Position numbers and translations under genes: made by a program. A stretch of DNA of 50,806 nt, taken from the NCBI GenBank assembly GCA_002715725.1, contig PAZU01000006.1, forward strand, positions 1 through 50,806, written 5' to 3'. Below are positions 8,250 to 17,160 of the stretch, one piece after another (position 1 is the first letter of the stretch; each line of letters starts with the position of its first letter). The stretch is from Methanobacteriota archaeon. Lineage in GTDB: Archaea; Thermoplasmatota; Poseidoniia; Poseidoniales; Poseidoniaceae. Below the pieces are notes generated by a model. The model was not told the origin of the DNA. It made no database searches and saw only the letters and a program-made list of their open reading frames with translations.

Positions 8250-11200
8250 TCACTGTTGGTATTGGTGCCCGTAATAAGCCCACTGCTCCATAGTCCAACC
8301 TGCTGGTAGACCGCCTGGTGGTAGAGGAGGTGCGCCTGGTGGAACCTGAGCAACTGCCGGAGCAGGTGCTGCGACAGGCTGCTGGAAGATTTCTTGTGCC
8401 CCTCCATACATTGAGTTTGCAACAGCATCATTGGCCGGTAGTTCATTGGCCCAATCTACCATCTTTTCAGGAGCGCTTCCATTTCCTCCACGCATGAACA
8501 TTAGTCCTGCTAGCAGAGCAGCGATAATTACTCCAACTACGATTAAGATAACAGTTAGGTCAAGTCCACTTTCGCTAGCAGCTCCGTCGCTGTTGCCTGA
8601 GTTTTGTTCTACGCATGTTGTGTATTCGCATGCTTCTGCAAGGTCTGCTTCTAGTTCACTCAGTTCTGCAACTGCATCGCTGTGTTCGGTTGAACCTTCA
8701 TCCAGTCCTTCGATTTCAGTCTTCTTTGCTGCGATTGAATCTTCTAACTCAGCGACTAATTCTTTGACTTCATCTTCAGTCATTGAATCTGGTCCCGGTG
8801 CAGCATCGACAGCAGTCCAAATTAGAACAGGATCCTTGTATTCGAACTTGTCACCGTTGGATGCAATTGCAGTAATCTTAGTCAGTTTGACGTACCATTG
8901 TGAACCCATTCCTTGGTCAAGCTGTCCTTTAGATGGGTCGAATGTCCAACCAAGGCTCTTCATGGTAATGTCGTGCTCGTGCACTTCGTTAATCATGCAG
9001 ACTTCTATGTTACAGATTTGCCAAGTACTGGTTAGTGAAGTTACAGTAACATCATTCTTGTTTAGGAACATGGTGGATTCTGGAACTTCTCCGATGTAAA
9101 CATTAGATACATCAACTCGCACATCTGCGTCAGGTCCTTGTCCAACAAGCAGAGGCATGCTGTCGTAAACATCTACAACCAGAGTGTAGATGTTAGAATC
9201 GTAGCGGTCTTCTGCTTGGATTGTAACTGTCTGCAAACCTGCAGTGTCCCAAATCATTGTCAGAGTGTTGTCTAAGAAGTTCACACGTGCAGCACCAGGA
9301 GTTGGGTTACTCGCTGTAACTGTAACTTCGTTCACGTTGCCATCAACATCTGTCAGAATCTCGTTCAAGAAGATGACCTTCTGTGTTCCAACCTTCAATC
9401 TAAGGTTCTCAAATTCTGAAAGGTCTAGGCGAGGTGCATCGTTAACTGGGGTAATGGCGATTGTAATCAATTGGTCTGAGTACTGTTCACCGTCGCTAGC
9501 ACGAACTGTGATTGTTGTCTCACCGTTGATGTCTTCATCGCTAGTTGCGAAGTTTAGGGTGAATTCATTCATGGAAATGTCTAGAAGCTCAGGGTTTGTG
9601 TTTTCAACAATCGCCAACATCAAGTTTTCAGAAGAAACAATGTTACCATTGTTGTCAGTGTCTGACAAGTATGGCAGCAAGTATAGTGACGATGTAGATG
9701 CTTCATCCACATACTGTTTCTCAACACCTGCCCATCGTGGCTGTCCATTTTCAATAACATTGAACAGAAGAGTTCCCACTGCAGTGTCTGTACCATCGTT
9801 CACTGAAATTTCAATTCCTGATGCTGTAGGTGCGCCATTGACGAAACGGATGTTTTCGAAGTACACTTCAATTTCTTCGGTAGCAGGATGCCATGCAACA
9901 AAGTTTGGACTGTTACTTGTGATTATCAATTGATCAAGTTGGGTTTCAGCATCTCCAATGTTGTCTATGACTGATACCTTGGTGGAAGTTTGGACCTTCA
10001 CTGTTGGAACAGGTTCTGCTGTGATGACAGGTAGAGCGTTCTTCAACTCAAATCCATTCTGAGTAACTAGCCAAGCGCTTGTTTGCATTCTAGAGTCGAT
10101 AGAACGAACACGGATGTCATAATCTCCCGCTCCCATGTTCATACTTGGCTTGACAAGATATTGTCGGTGCTCATTAGAAGTTCCTTCTTGGAATACCTGG
10201 TCTCCGCCCACTATCATATCGCCGCTCATCCACTGGTTCAAGCCAGCAGGAGATACCTCTACATCGAAAGTAAAGAAGGAGGTGTTGATGTCTACAGCGT
10301 CGTTGATAGTTGTCTTCGCTTCGATTAGGAAGTTATCTCCTCTCTCGATTTGAGTGTTACCAATAACTTGTGCCTTGCGTGCAACAGGAACTAAGTCATG
10401 AGGAGTGATTTCGGTACCTTCGTTGTTAGTTCCAGATTTATCAGCCACTAGGTTAGATAACTCAACTCCGAATGTAGTCTGGTAAGCGTTGCTTGGCAAT
10501 GATGAAGTATCAATCTGTCCCGAGAAGGTTTGAGTGTCACCATTGTTTGCAAAGTTGGATAGAGATTGAGTGGAGCCCACATAATTCTTCATGTTGTTTG
10601 CTTTGTAGAAGAATCTGACATCTCCTCCGTCGCTGTAAGCGTCTACGCCATTGTTGACCACTGTTGCTTCAACGCTGATTACATCGCCATTGATGTATCC
10701 GCCGTTAGGGGCGTTTGGATTCTCAGCAGTAAAAGATTGAATTCCAACATCGATTGTAGGAGCCATGTTAGAATCAGCGGCAGATAGCACGTTACGGTGA
10801 GATGTGTGGTCTCCGTCTAATAGTGCTGCAACAGTGAGGAAGTTGTCAGCTGAACTAATTCCGCTGACTGCTCTTGCGGTTGATGTTGGTACTGTCCAAG
10901 TTTTGGTCACTGGTGTACCTGCTGTTAATGTGAATGTTTCGAATCCACTACTTCCGCTGTTTAGTAGCCACTTTTTCCACAAATTTGGTGGGTGGTCTGA
11001 GCCACTGCCTGCTGTGTACGGTTCGTATCCCTTTTCTTCAGTTACTGCTGCGTAAAGGTATACGTTCTTTGAGCCCGTTCCACTGTATACAGCGGTGATT
11101 TCGATGTCCATGTTATTGCCGTTTTCGGATTGAATGACAGATAATGCGTAATCGTTTGCATTTTGCATGTTTCCACCATTTTGATAGTAACTGTCGTATG

Positions 11201-11633
11201 ACTGCCCACCTACTGTGTAGTATGTGCCGGATGGTGCATCGCCAAAGACCGTAACTGGGATTCCGCCGGTGTATCCAGGAGCATTTTGGATGTGGGATCT
11301 ACGATTGATTGGAGAATCAGCTGGCCATCCAGTTGTTTGAGATTCCCAAAATGATACGAAAGTAAAATCTGCGGATTGGCTTCCTCCTCCTCCGTTAGTG
11401 CTGTACAAATTTTTCAAATTATTTGTAGCTGTAATACAAGGTCCACACCAATGTGCGCCCATATATTCTGCGAATACAGGGTGTCCAGGGCTTGTAGCCT
11501 GGAATTCAGTTGGTTCTTTTTCTAGTTCAGAAACAACGTTTTCATTGTCGGCGATTAGTCCTCCAAAAGAAGCAAGAATGCTAAGTAGCATCAATCCAAC
11601 AATCGAGTAGGCAGTCGTACGTACGGTCGTCAT
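8250..11633 (-). CDS. Large surface protein: signal anchor, thioredoxin-like WCGPC domain, cadherin-like/Ig-like repeats, C-terminal TM and Pro-rich cytoplasmic tail
   Basis: N-terminal hydrophobic segment. HWCGPC with a GGIPV (cis-Pro-loop-like) motif 60 aa later. Beta-rich repeats including ITPVNDAPRL (cadherin/VCBS-like). Acidic coiled-coil, TM (LTVILIVVGVIIAALLAGLMF), and tail ending PPLPPGGLPAGWTMEQWAYYGHQYQQ. Confidence 0.85.
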   Translation of the reverse strand: MTTVRTTAYSIVGLMLLSILASFGGLIADNENVVSELEKEPTEFQATSPGHPVFAEYMGAHWCGPCITATNNLKNLYSTNGGGGSQSADFTFVSFWESQTTGWPADSPINRRSHIQNAPGYTGGIPVTVFGDAPSGTYYTVGGQSYDSYYQNGGNMQNANDYALSVIQSENGNNMDIEITAVYSGTGSKNVYLYAAVTEEKGYEPYTAGSGSDHPPNLWKKWLLNSGSSGFETFTLTAGTPVTKTWTVPTSTARAVSGISSADNFLTVAALLDGDHTSHRNVLSAADSNMAPTIDVGIQSFTAENPNAPNGGYINGDVISVEATVVNNGVDAYSDGGDVRFFYKANNMKNYVGSTQSLSNFANNGDTQTFSGQIDTSSLPSNAYQTTFGVELSNLVADKSGTNNEGTEITPHDLVPVARKAQVIGNTQIERGDNFLIEAKTTINDAVDINTSFFTFDVEVSPAGLNQWMSGDMIVGGDQVFQEGTSNEHRQYLVKPSMNMGAGDYDIRVRSIDSRMQTSAWLVTQNGFELKNALPVITAEPVPTVKVQTSTKVSVIDNIGDAETQLDQLIITSNSPNFVAWHPATEEIEVYFENIRFVNGAPTASGIEISVNDGTDTAVGTLLFNVIENGQPRWAGVEKQYVDEASTSSLYLLPYLSDTDNNGNIVSSENLMLAIVENTNPELLDISMNEFTLNFATSDEDINGETTITVRASDGEQYSDQLITIAITPVNDAPRLDLSEFENLRLKVGTQKVIFLNEILTDVDGNVNEVTVTASNPTPGAARVNFLDNTLTMIWDTAGLQTVTIQAEDRYDSNIYTLVVDVYDSMPLLVGQGPDADVRVDVSNVYIGEVPESTMFLNKNDVTVTSLTSTWQICNIEVCMINEVHEHDITMKSLGWTFDPSKGQLDQGMGSQWYVKLTKITAIASNGDKFEYKDPVLIWTAVDAAPGPDSMTEDEVKELVAELEDSIAAKKTEIEGLDEGSTEHSDAVAELSELEADLAEACEYTTCVEQNSGNSDGAASESGLDLTVILIVVGVIIAALLAGLMFMRGGNGSAPEKMVDWANELPANDAVANSMYGGAQEIFQQPVAAPAPAVAQVPPGAPPLPPGGLPAGWTMEQWAYYGHQYQQ

Positions 11634-11704
11634 GGGATTCGATTACAAAACATGGTATTTGAACATGTGCACAAAATGTCAGCACCCCCTACGGGGGTAT
11701 TTCG

Positions 11705-11711
11705 TATAAAT
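11705..11711 (+). promoter_or_regulatory. Candidate TATA box for trmI
   Basis: TATAAAT lies 41-47 nt upstream of the trmI ATG in the 118-nt divergent spacer. Confidence 0.3.
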
Positions 11712-11751
11712 CGATGCGAATCGTTCTTGGTATATTCCTTCTCGCAGAACC

Positions 11752-12516
11752 ATGGCAGACTACTCAGTCCTGATGGAAAAAGAAGGCAGAATCCATGTTG
11801 TTGAAGTGGTTGACGAAATGGTCAAGCACAAAGGGATCGGGGTGATCAATACTGCAACATTGCTAGCCGGATGCAAGGTTGGCGATGAGGTTCTTGTGGG
11901 TCAAAAGTACCTCACAGTAATGCCTTCGAGATTGCCTGAATTAATCGCAGGAATGGCTAGGAGAGCCCAGACTATTTCTGCAAAGGATGCAGGATTTTTC
12001 ATTACAAAATTGGGAATTGGAACAGGTGATACAGTTCTCGAAGCGGGCCTTGGCTCGGGAGGACTTTCGTTGCACCTTGCAAGAATTCTAGGCGATTCAG
12101 GACATCTAATCACTGCAGAGCCAAGGGCCGAACATGCTAGTGTAGGTCTAACAAATTTACAAAGGGCCAGTGAGTGTTTCACAGGCTTCCCAAAGCACAC
12201 ACATTTGGAAGGAATGGTTGAAGATGTAGTGCCAGATGAAGAATTAGATGCCATCGTTTTAGACATGCCCGTACACGCTCCTGCTATTGCAGCATGTTCT
12301 CCAAAACTTGTGTTTGGAGGGAGAATCGCATGCTATGCACCTACTACTTCACAGTTAGAGGCATGTTGGAAAGCCTGTGAAGAAGCTGATTTAGTTGTAG
12401 AATGGGCTGGAGAATTAATGGAAAGGCAGTGGGGATTGACCTCCAAAGGAGGAATGAGGCCAGTTAATGGACCGTTTGGTCATACAGCATTTCTTTTAGT
12501 TGCTCAAAAGAGATGA
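11752..12516 (+). CDS. trmI: tRNA (adenine-N1)-methyltransferase TrmI (Gcd14 family)
   Basis: An N-terminal small beta domain is followed by the SAM-binding VLEAGLGSGGLSLHLARILGDSGHLITAE and DAIVLDMP motifs typical of TrmI/Gcd14. Confidence 0.85.
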   Translation: MADYSVLMEKEGRIHVVEVVDEMVKHKGIGVINTATLLAGCKVGDEVLVGQKYLTVMPSRLPELIAGMARRAQTISAKDAGFFITKLGIGTGDTVLEAGLGSGGLSLHLARILGDSGHLITAEPRAEHASVGLTNLQRASECFTGFPKHTHLEGMVEDVVPDEELDAIVLDMPVHAPAIAACSPKLVFGGRIACYAPTTSQLEACWKACEEADLVVEWAGELMERQWGLTSKGGMRPVNGPFGHTAFLLVAQKR

Positions 12517-15500
12517 TTATTCTACAACTCTGATTTTTTCGTCACACTTTGGACAGGTGAATCTGAATGGAGGTTCACTACCTTCTGGCACACCTAATCG
12601 TGCATCACATGAACTGCAAGTAACCTTGTTGTATTCATCGATTCGAACCTCATTATGGCCTAATGGAACTTCTTCTTCCTCTTCTTCCTCGACCTCTGCA
12701 GGTTTTCTGAATAACCGAATGTACAATATGAGAATCAGTGCTAAAGCCCAACCGGTTGAAAGTAAGATGATTGAATTCTTGTTATCCAATTCAAATAAAC
12801 CTAGATCCAGTCCACTAGGTGGCAGAACAGGTCCAGCCACATCTGCTCTAAGTTCAGGAGATTTGTCACGGACAGTCTGGCCTAGAACTTGGCTCACTGA
12901 ATTAACAGTCAATGATGCTTCAAATCCATCTAAATTTATTGGAGTAAGCATTAATCGGAAATCTTGACATCCATTGCTGGCTAGACTATATGTGGAATTA
13001 ATTCCAGTTTCCCCAGCCCTGAAAAACACACCATCCATTTGGGGTTCATTTTTCCCAATTAATTCTAGACTTCCTTCTACGAATGTGTTTGCTTGGTTAC
13101 AAATAGTTAGGGAGACAGTATGTTGATCGATACTTTCATCAAATTTCAAATCATTCTGGTCAAATGTGAATGAAATTACTTCATCATTCCACGCCGGTTC
13201 AACAGTGTAAGATTCACTGAATGTCACCATCATGTCGGAACGTGCTGTCGAAGTTAATCTGAAAGTTAGCGCCTTCATTCCAGCGTCTTCTCCATCAGCA
13301 ATCATACAAGACCAAGGGATTGGACTGGAGGACATACTAGGCGACAGAGTCACCTCTGCATCATCGAGATTGCAATCCATCTCTACAGTGTTAATGCGCA
13401 TGGTATCGGAAGCAGTACCAAGATTAGTGATGATGACATTTCCATAAATCATCTCACCAGGTTTAGCTTCATCATTATCGCTCATTACAGTAATCAAACC
13501 GTCGGCAATTTGTGGTATCACTGCAATAGTGATGGAATCCGTGACAGTTGAATCATCTGTGCTAGTTACAGTAATTGTCAAGTCTACACCGGCGAGTGGA
13601 GCGCCATTAGCAATTTCTCTAGCAGATATAGTAATGCTATCCGACTGTCCTGGATTAATACTCAAAGAGAGAGTATCTACACTGATTGTAAACCAATCAC
13701 TCAAAGCGCTGTTGTTAATGTCAGCAACAAATGTCTCTGTGGAAGTACCTAAGTTAGTAACCATCAGTGTCAAATTAGATTCACCTATTGGTGAAGCGAT
13801 AATTCGGTCTTGACTTGAGTCAATCATTACTTCATGTCGGTCAGAAACCTGTAGGTCGATTGTCAATTGAGTAGATGTCCAACCTCCATCAAATGTAATT
13901 GTGAATGTATCACTCATGGGTTGTAATCCTGCAGCAGCCAACAATTCTAATTCGACATCAATAGCATTACCTGCCGCTAAAGAAATTTCTTCAAGCCCTT
14001 CGACGACAGTGATTCCATTTGGTAGACCGCTTATTGATGCACTAAGGTTTAGTCCCTTAGTTCCATCATTAGAAACGTTAAGCATGATAGAAGAATTCTG
14101 TCCAGGGATTATTGTAATTCTATTGTCTGGAGGGCCAGTCATAGATATCTCTGCATATTCCTTAACTTCGAAAATTCCACTATCATTTACATTATTGTTG
14201 CCACTGTTTGTAGAAGACATTGTGAAATCAAGAGTGATATTTCCAACCAAAAATGAGTCGATTAGGACTTCCATCACTACATACTGAGATACACCTCTAT
14301 CTAGTGTTACAGGAGCGGGATTCGTGAATGTAACACCTTCAGCATCAATACCGATTAGGGAAATTGTATCCTGTTCAGTCCCATCGTTATTGATTACGAC
14401 ATTGAATGTTTCAGGAGTATCGACATCGAGTTTGATTGAAGTCGGTAGAACCATCGAAAGACCCCATGACTCTCCAATTGTGACAGTAAATGTGTAATTT
14501 TCTGTAACTGTGACATCTTGGTCTAGAGTACCGTGGAGAGAAATTGTGCATTCATCATTTACATGAGTGTTCATTCCTGCTAAAATTAGGATGTCAAGGT
14601 CGTAAGAATCGCCTTCCATAATTTGAGTTTCCAAATCGTCCAAGTGTGCGGAGCAATCTCCTGAATCAACCATGGTCTGCCATGTCCAATTTCCGTCAGC
14701 AGAGGAGAGGCTGATTATCTCGACAGTTGAGGTCGAGTTGCCACCAGGTAGTAGAATCTCGCCGTTTGAATGCGAGAAAGACAAATCATGAACTGCCGTT
14801 ACTTCAACAACTAATGTTGAGTTTACCGAGAAATTACCTAACACGCTCGCTGCAAATAGATTGTAACCATAGAAACCAGGATCTGCGTCGGTCGGAATTG
14901 AAACATGTAAGGTTGCATATCTTGATTCACTTGGGGTCATCAAATCCATAGTATCGTCCAAGAAACGAATATTCCAACCCGGTGGGTTTGTTTTACTGGA
15001 AATCCCATTAGAAGAATTTCCTGTATTGTTGCCACCGGTATTGTTGCCACCGGTGTTGTTGCCACCGGTGTTGTTGCCGCCGGTATTGTTGCCGCCGGTA
15101 TTGTTGCCACCGGTATTATTGCCGCCGGTATTATTGCCGCCGGTATTGTTGCCGCCGGTATTGTTGCCACCGGTATTGTTGCCACCGGTGTTGTTTGAAC
15201 CACCTCCAGATGTCCAGTTCGACCAGAATGCAACTAAGTCTGGGGCTTGGTCCACGGAAAGAAGCATTGTATCGTTTACATTACCGTTATTCGCCACCAT
15301 TATCGAGAGGTTAACCTCGTCACCAGGGGCCATTTCTACGAGACCGTTATCTCCAGCACTAGATGCATCTATTGCTGGCAAATATTGTGGCAAAACGGAA
15401 AGCTGCACATCGATAGTACTCGAGATGTTGGCATCAGGTTCAGTCACCGTGATTGTGAGAGTTCCTGAGTCATTAGGGAGAGCAGTTGTCGATAGTCTGA

Positions 15501-15789
15501 CAGCAATATTTGTGGTTGCACTGAATGTTGGAATGACTCCACTGACATTGCTATCCGATGGGATCACTTCCCATACAGAGTCAAAACCGGAAACAGCAAT
15601 CGAATAGGTTTCGATAGTAGTTCCATTGTTATTTATTGTAAGAGTAATGTTAGTCGCTTCACCAGGTGACAAAATAACGTGATTAACATCGGTGGAAAGT
15701 CCGATGCTAGGATGTGCACTGGCCATTGGAACCAATGGTGCAATAGCCATAATCATGACCAAAATGAGTGCATCTAATCTGCGCGACAT
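12517..15789 (-). CDS. Large surface protein with CARDB/NEW3-like beta-sandwich repeats, GGNNT repeat linker, C-terminal TM and cytoplasmic zinc ribbon
   Basis: Signal peptide (ILVMIMAIAPLVPMASA). At least six repeats carry the hhxhxNxG(T/N) signature (LTINNNGTT, IMVANNGNV, VVINNDGTE, LNVSNDGTK, LMVTNLGTS, VIITNLGTA). TM (STGWALALILILYIRLF), E7 run, then CSSC...CPKC. Confidence 0.85.
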   Translation of the reverse strand: MSRRLDALILVMIMAIAPLVPMASAHPSIGLSTDVNHVILSPGEATNITLTINNNGTTIETYSIAVSGFDSVWEVIPSDSNVSGVIPTFSATTNIAVRLSTTALPNDSGTLTITVTEPDANISSTIDVQLSVLPQYLPAIDASSAGDNGLVEMAPGDEVNLSIMVANNGNVNDTMLLSVDQAPDLVAFWSNWTSGGGSNNTGGNNTGGNNTGGNNTGGNNTGGNNTGGNNTGGNNTGGNNTGGNNTGGNNTGGNNTGNSSNGISSKTNPPGWNIRFLDDTMDLMTPSESRYATLHVSIPTDADPGFYGYNLFAASVLGNFSVNSTLVVEVTAVHDLSFSHSNGEILLPGGNSTSTVEIISLSSADGNWTWQTMVDSGDCSAHLDDLETQIMEGDSYDLDILILAGMNTHVNDECTISLHGTLDQDVTVTENYTFTVTIGESWGLSMVLPTSIKLDVDTPETFNVVINNDGTEQDTISLIGIDAEGVTFTNPAPVTLDRGVSQYVVMEVLIDSFLVGNITLDFTMSSTNSGNNNVNDSGIFEVKEYAEISMTGPPDNRITIIPGQNSSIMLNVSNDGTKGLNLSASISGLPNGITVVEGLEEISLAAGNAIDVELELLAAAGLQPMSDTFTITFDGGWTSTQLTIDLQVSDRHEVMIDSSQDRIIASPIGESNLTLMVTNLGTSTETFVADINNSALSDWFTISVDTLSLSINPGQSDSITISAREIANGAPLAGVDLTITVTSTDDSTVTDSITIAVIPQIADGLITVMSDNDEAKPGEMIYGNVIITNLGTASDTMRINTVEMDCNLDDAEVTLSPSMSSSPIPWSCMIADGEDAGMKALTFRLTSTARSDMMVTFSESYTVEPAWNDEVISFTFDQNDLKFDESIDQHTVSLTICNQANTFVEGSLELIGKNEPQMDGVFFRAGETGINSTYSLASNGCQDFRLMLTPINLDGFEASLTVNSVSQVLGQTVRDKSPELRADVAGPVLPPSGLDLGLFELDNKNSIILLSTGWALALILILYIRLFRKPAEVEEEEEEEVPLGHNEVRIDEYNKVTCSSCDARLGVPEGSEPPFRFTCPKCDEKIRVVE
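15023..15202 (-). repeat. In-frame 15-bp tandem repeat, 12 units, encoding (GGNNT)11 + GSNNT
   Basis: Units GGT(A/G)TT(G/A)TTGCC(A/G)CC are read directly from the sequence. Variation among the 11 GGNNT units is synonymous on the coding (minus) strand. Confidence 0.95.
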
Positions 15790-15822
15790 GGTTATTGCGA
15801 ATCAATACTGACTTTTCATCCA

Positions 15823-15841
15823 ATCGGCCCTAAGGGCCGAT
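15823..15841 (-). terminator. GC-rich triloop hairpin 6 nt downstream of metK stop
   Basis: ATCGGCCC-TAA-GGGCCGAT, a perfect 8-bp stem. It sits in the 57-nt spacer between the metK stop and the start of the next minus-strand gene. No adjacent oligo-T tract, so terminator function is uncertain. Confidence 0.3.
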
Positions 15842-15846
15842 GAGAA

Positions 15847-17076
15847 TCAGTTCTGAAGGGAATCGATTTTCGCCTGGTCCAAAATCTCCCAAGGGAATTC
15901 TCCATCTACTCCGGGAGTTCTGCCAAAGTGGCCTCCTGCAGCGGTAATATAGTAAATTGGACGCAACAAATCTAGTTCATTAGCGATAGCTTTTGGAGTG
16001 AAGTCGAAAACTCCTTTCACCTTTGCAGTGAGTTCTGAATCTGAGATGGAAGATGTGCCGAATGATTCTACGCGAACACTGACTGGTTTTGCAACGCCGA
16101 TAACATATGACAATTGAATTTCACATTTGCTAGCCAAACCTGCTGCAACAACATGTTTCGCAGCCCATCTAGCCGCATATGCAGCCGACCTATCTACCTT
16201 CGATGGGTCTTTTCCAGAGAATGCACCTCCTCCATGTCTGCCCATTCCCCCGTATGTGTCGACAATGATCTTTCTACCTGTCAATCCAGCATCCGCATAT
16301 GGGCCTCCAGGGTCTGCGAATCTTCCAGTTCCATTGACTACCAAATGATATGGTTCTTGAATCAGTTCTGGCGGAATTGCGTGTTCAACAACATGCTTTC
16401 TAATCTCCTGCCTAACAAAAGATAGTTCCTCATCTTCTGAACCTCCAAATTGTTGCTTCAGGTGTTTGTCATGTTGAATTGCAATAATAATCGTATGGAC
16501 TCGCTTTGGTTTACCATTTTCGTATTCGATTGTAACTTGGCTTTTGGCATCAGGTCTTGCCCATGGCAAAGTTCCGTTCTTACGGGCATTTGTCATTCTA
16601 CGAGTCAATCGTTGTGATAGGGCGGCAGCTAGAGGAAAATACCTTCCTTTAAGTTCGCCAAAATCTTCGGTTTCTAAACAAGCATATCCGAACATAATCC
16701 CTTGATCTCCAGCTCCTTGTTCAGAAGTATTTACTCCTTGGCTGATATTTGCCGCTTGAGCCGTGATTTTTTGGATTACCTCGCATCTTTCTTCGGAAGT
16801 CGAATCAAATCCTATGTCATGAGAATCATAACCAATTTCAGCAGCTGTTCTGCGTGCAATCGATTCATAATTGGGGTGTTCACCAGACAAAGTTACTTCT
16901 CCTGCTAACAGAATTATACCCTTTTCATTTCCACCCTTGACGCTAGTTTCTACCGCAACTCGTGCATTTTGGTCTACCCTAATACAGGCATCCACAATAG
17001 CATCACTAATTGCATCGCACAACTTGTCAGGATGCCCCGAGGCAACGCTTTCCGAAGTGAAAAGGTCCTCTGACAT
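15847..17076 (-). CDS. metK: S-adenosylmethionine synthetase, bacterial/eukaryotic MetK type
   Basis: MSEDLFTSESVASGHPDKLCDAISDAIVD, GAGDQGIMFGYA, GRHGGGAFSGKDPSKVDRSAAYAARW and GHFGR are classic MetK signatures. The tracked ORF extends 43 codons upstream (to 17205), but the MetK N-terminus aligns at the Met at 17076. Confidence 0.93.
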   Translation of the reverse strand: MSEDLFTSESVASGHPDKLCDAISDAIVDACIRVDQNARVAVETSVKGGNEKGIILLAGEVTLSGEHPNYESIARRTAAEIGYDSHDIGFDSTSEERCEVIQKITAQAANISQGVNTSEQGAGDQGIMFGYACLETEDFGELKGRYFPLAAALSQRLTRRMTNARKNGTLPWARPDAKSQVTIEYENGKPKRVHTIIIAIQHDKHLKQQFGGSEDEELSFVRQEIRKHVVEHAIPPELIQEPYHLVVNGTGRFADPGGPYADAGLTGRKIIVDTYGGMGRHGGGAFSGKDPSKVDRSAAYAARWAAKHVVAAGLASKCEIQLSYVIGVAKPVSVRVESFGTSSISDSELTAKVKGVFDFTPKAIANELDLLRPIYYITAAGGHFGRTPGVDGEFPWEILDQAKIDSLQN

Positions 17077-17160
17077 ACCCAAACGGCCAATATTATCACC
17101 TATCAATTCTGTGTTTGTCGCAGCGATGACTTCATGTTCGAAAGTGTCACGCCCCTGTTC

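Noticed and set aside
8431-9933. 222-aa and 229-aa plus-strand ORFs (8431-9099, 9244-9933)
   Set aside because: Both lie wholly antisense within the 1127-aa surface-protein gene and are Ser/Thr/Val-rich, mirroring the sense Thr/Val/Asp-rich repeats. They are shadow ORFs. The same reasoning applies to the many 60-140-aa antisense ORFs inside lonB, the giant gene, the LLM gene and the RND gene.
15023-15202. Regular short repeats that could be mistaken for a CRISPR array
   Set aside because: The period is only 15 bp with no spacers. The repeats are in frame within a long ORF and encode GGNNT. No cas genes or leader are present.
15026-15607. 193-aa plus-strand ORF beginning with (LPPVL)n repeats
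   Set aside because: It is the antisense reading of the GGNNT tandem repeat inside the 1090-aa minus-strand surface-protein gene. It is a shadow ORF with no independent support.
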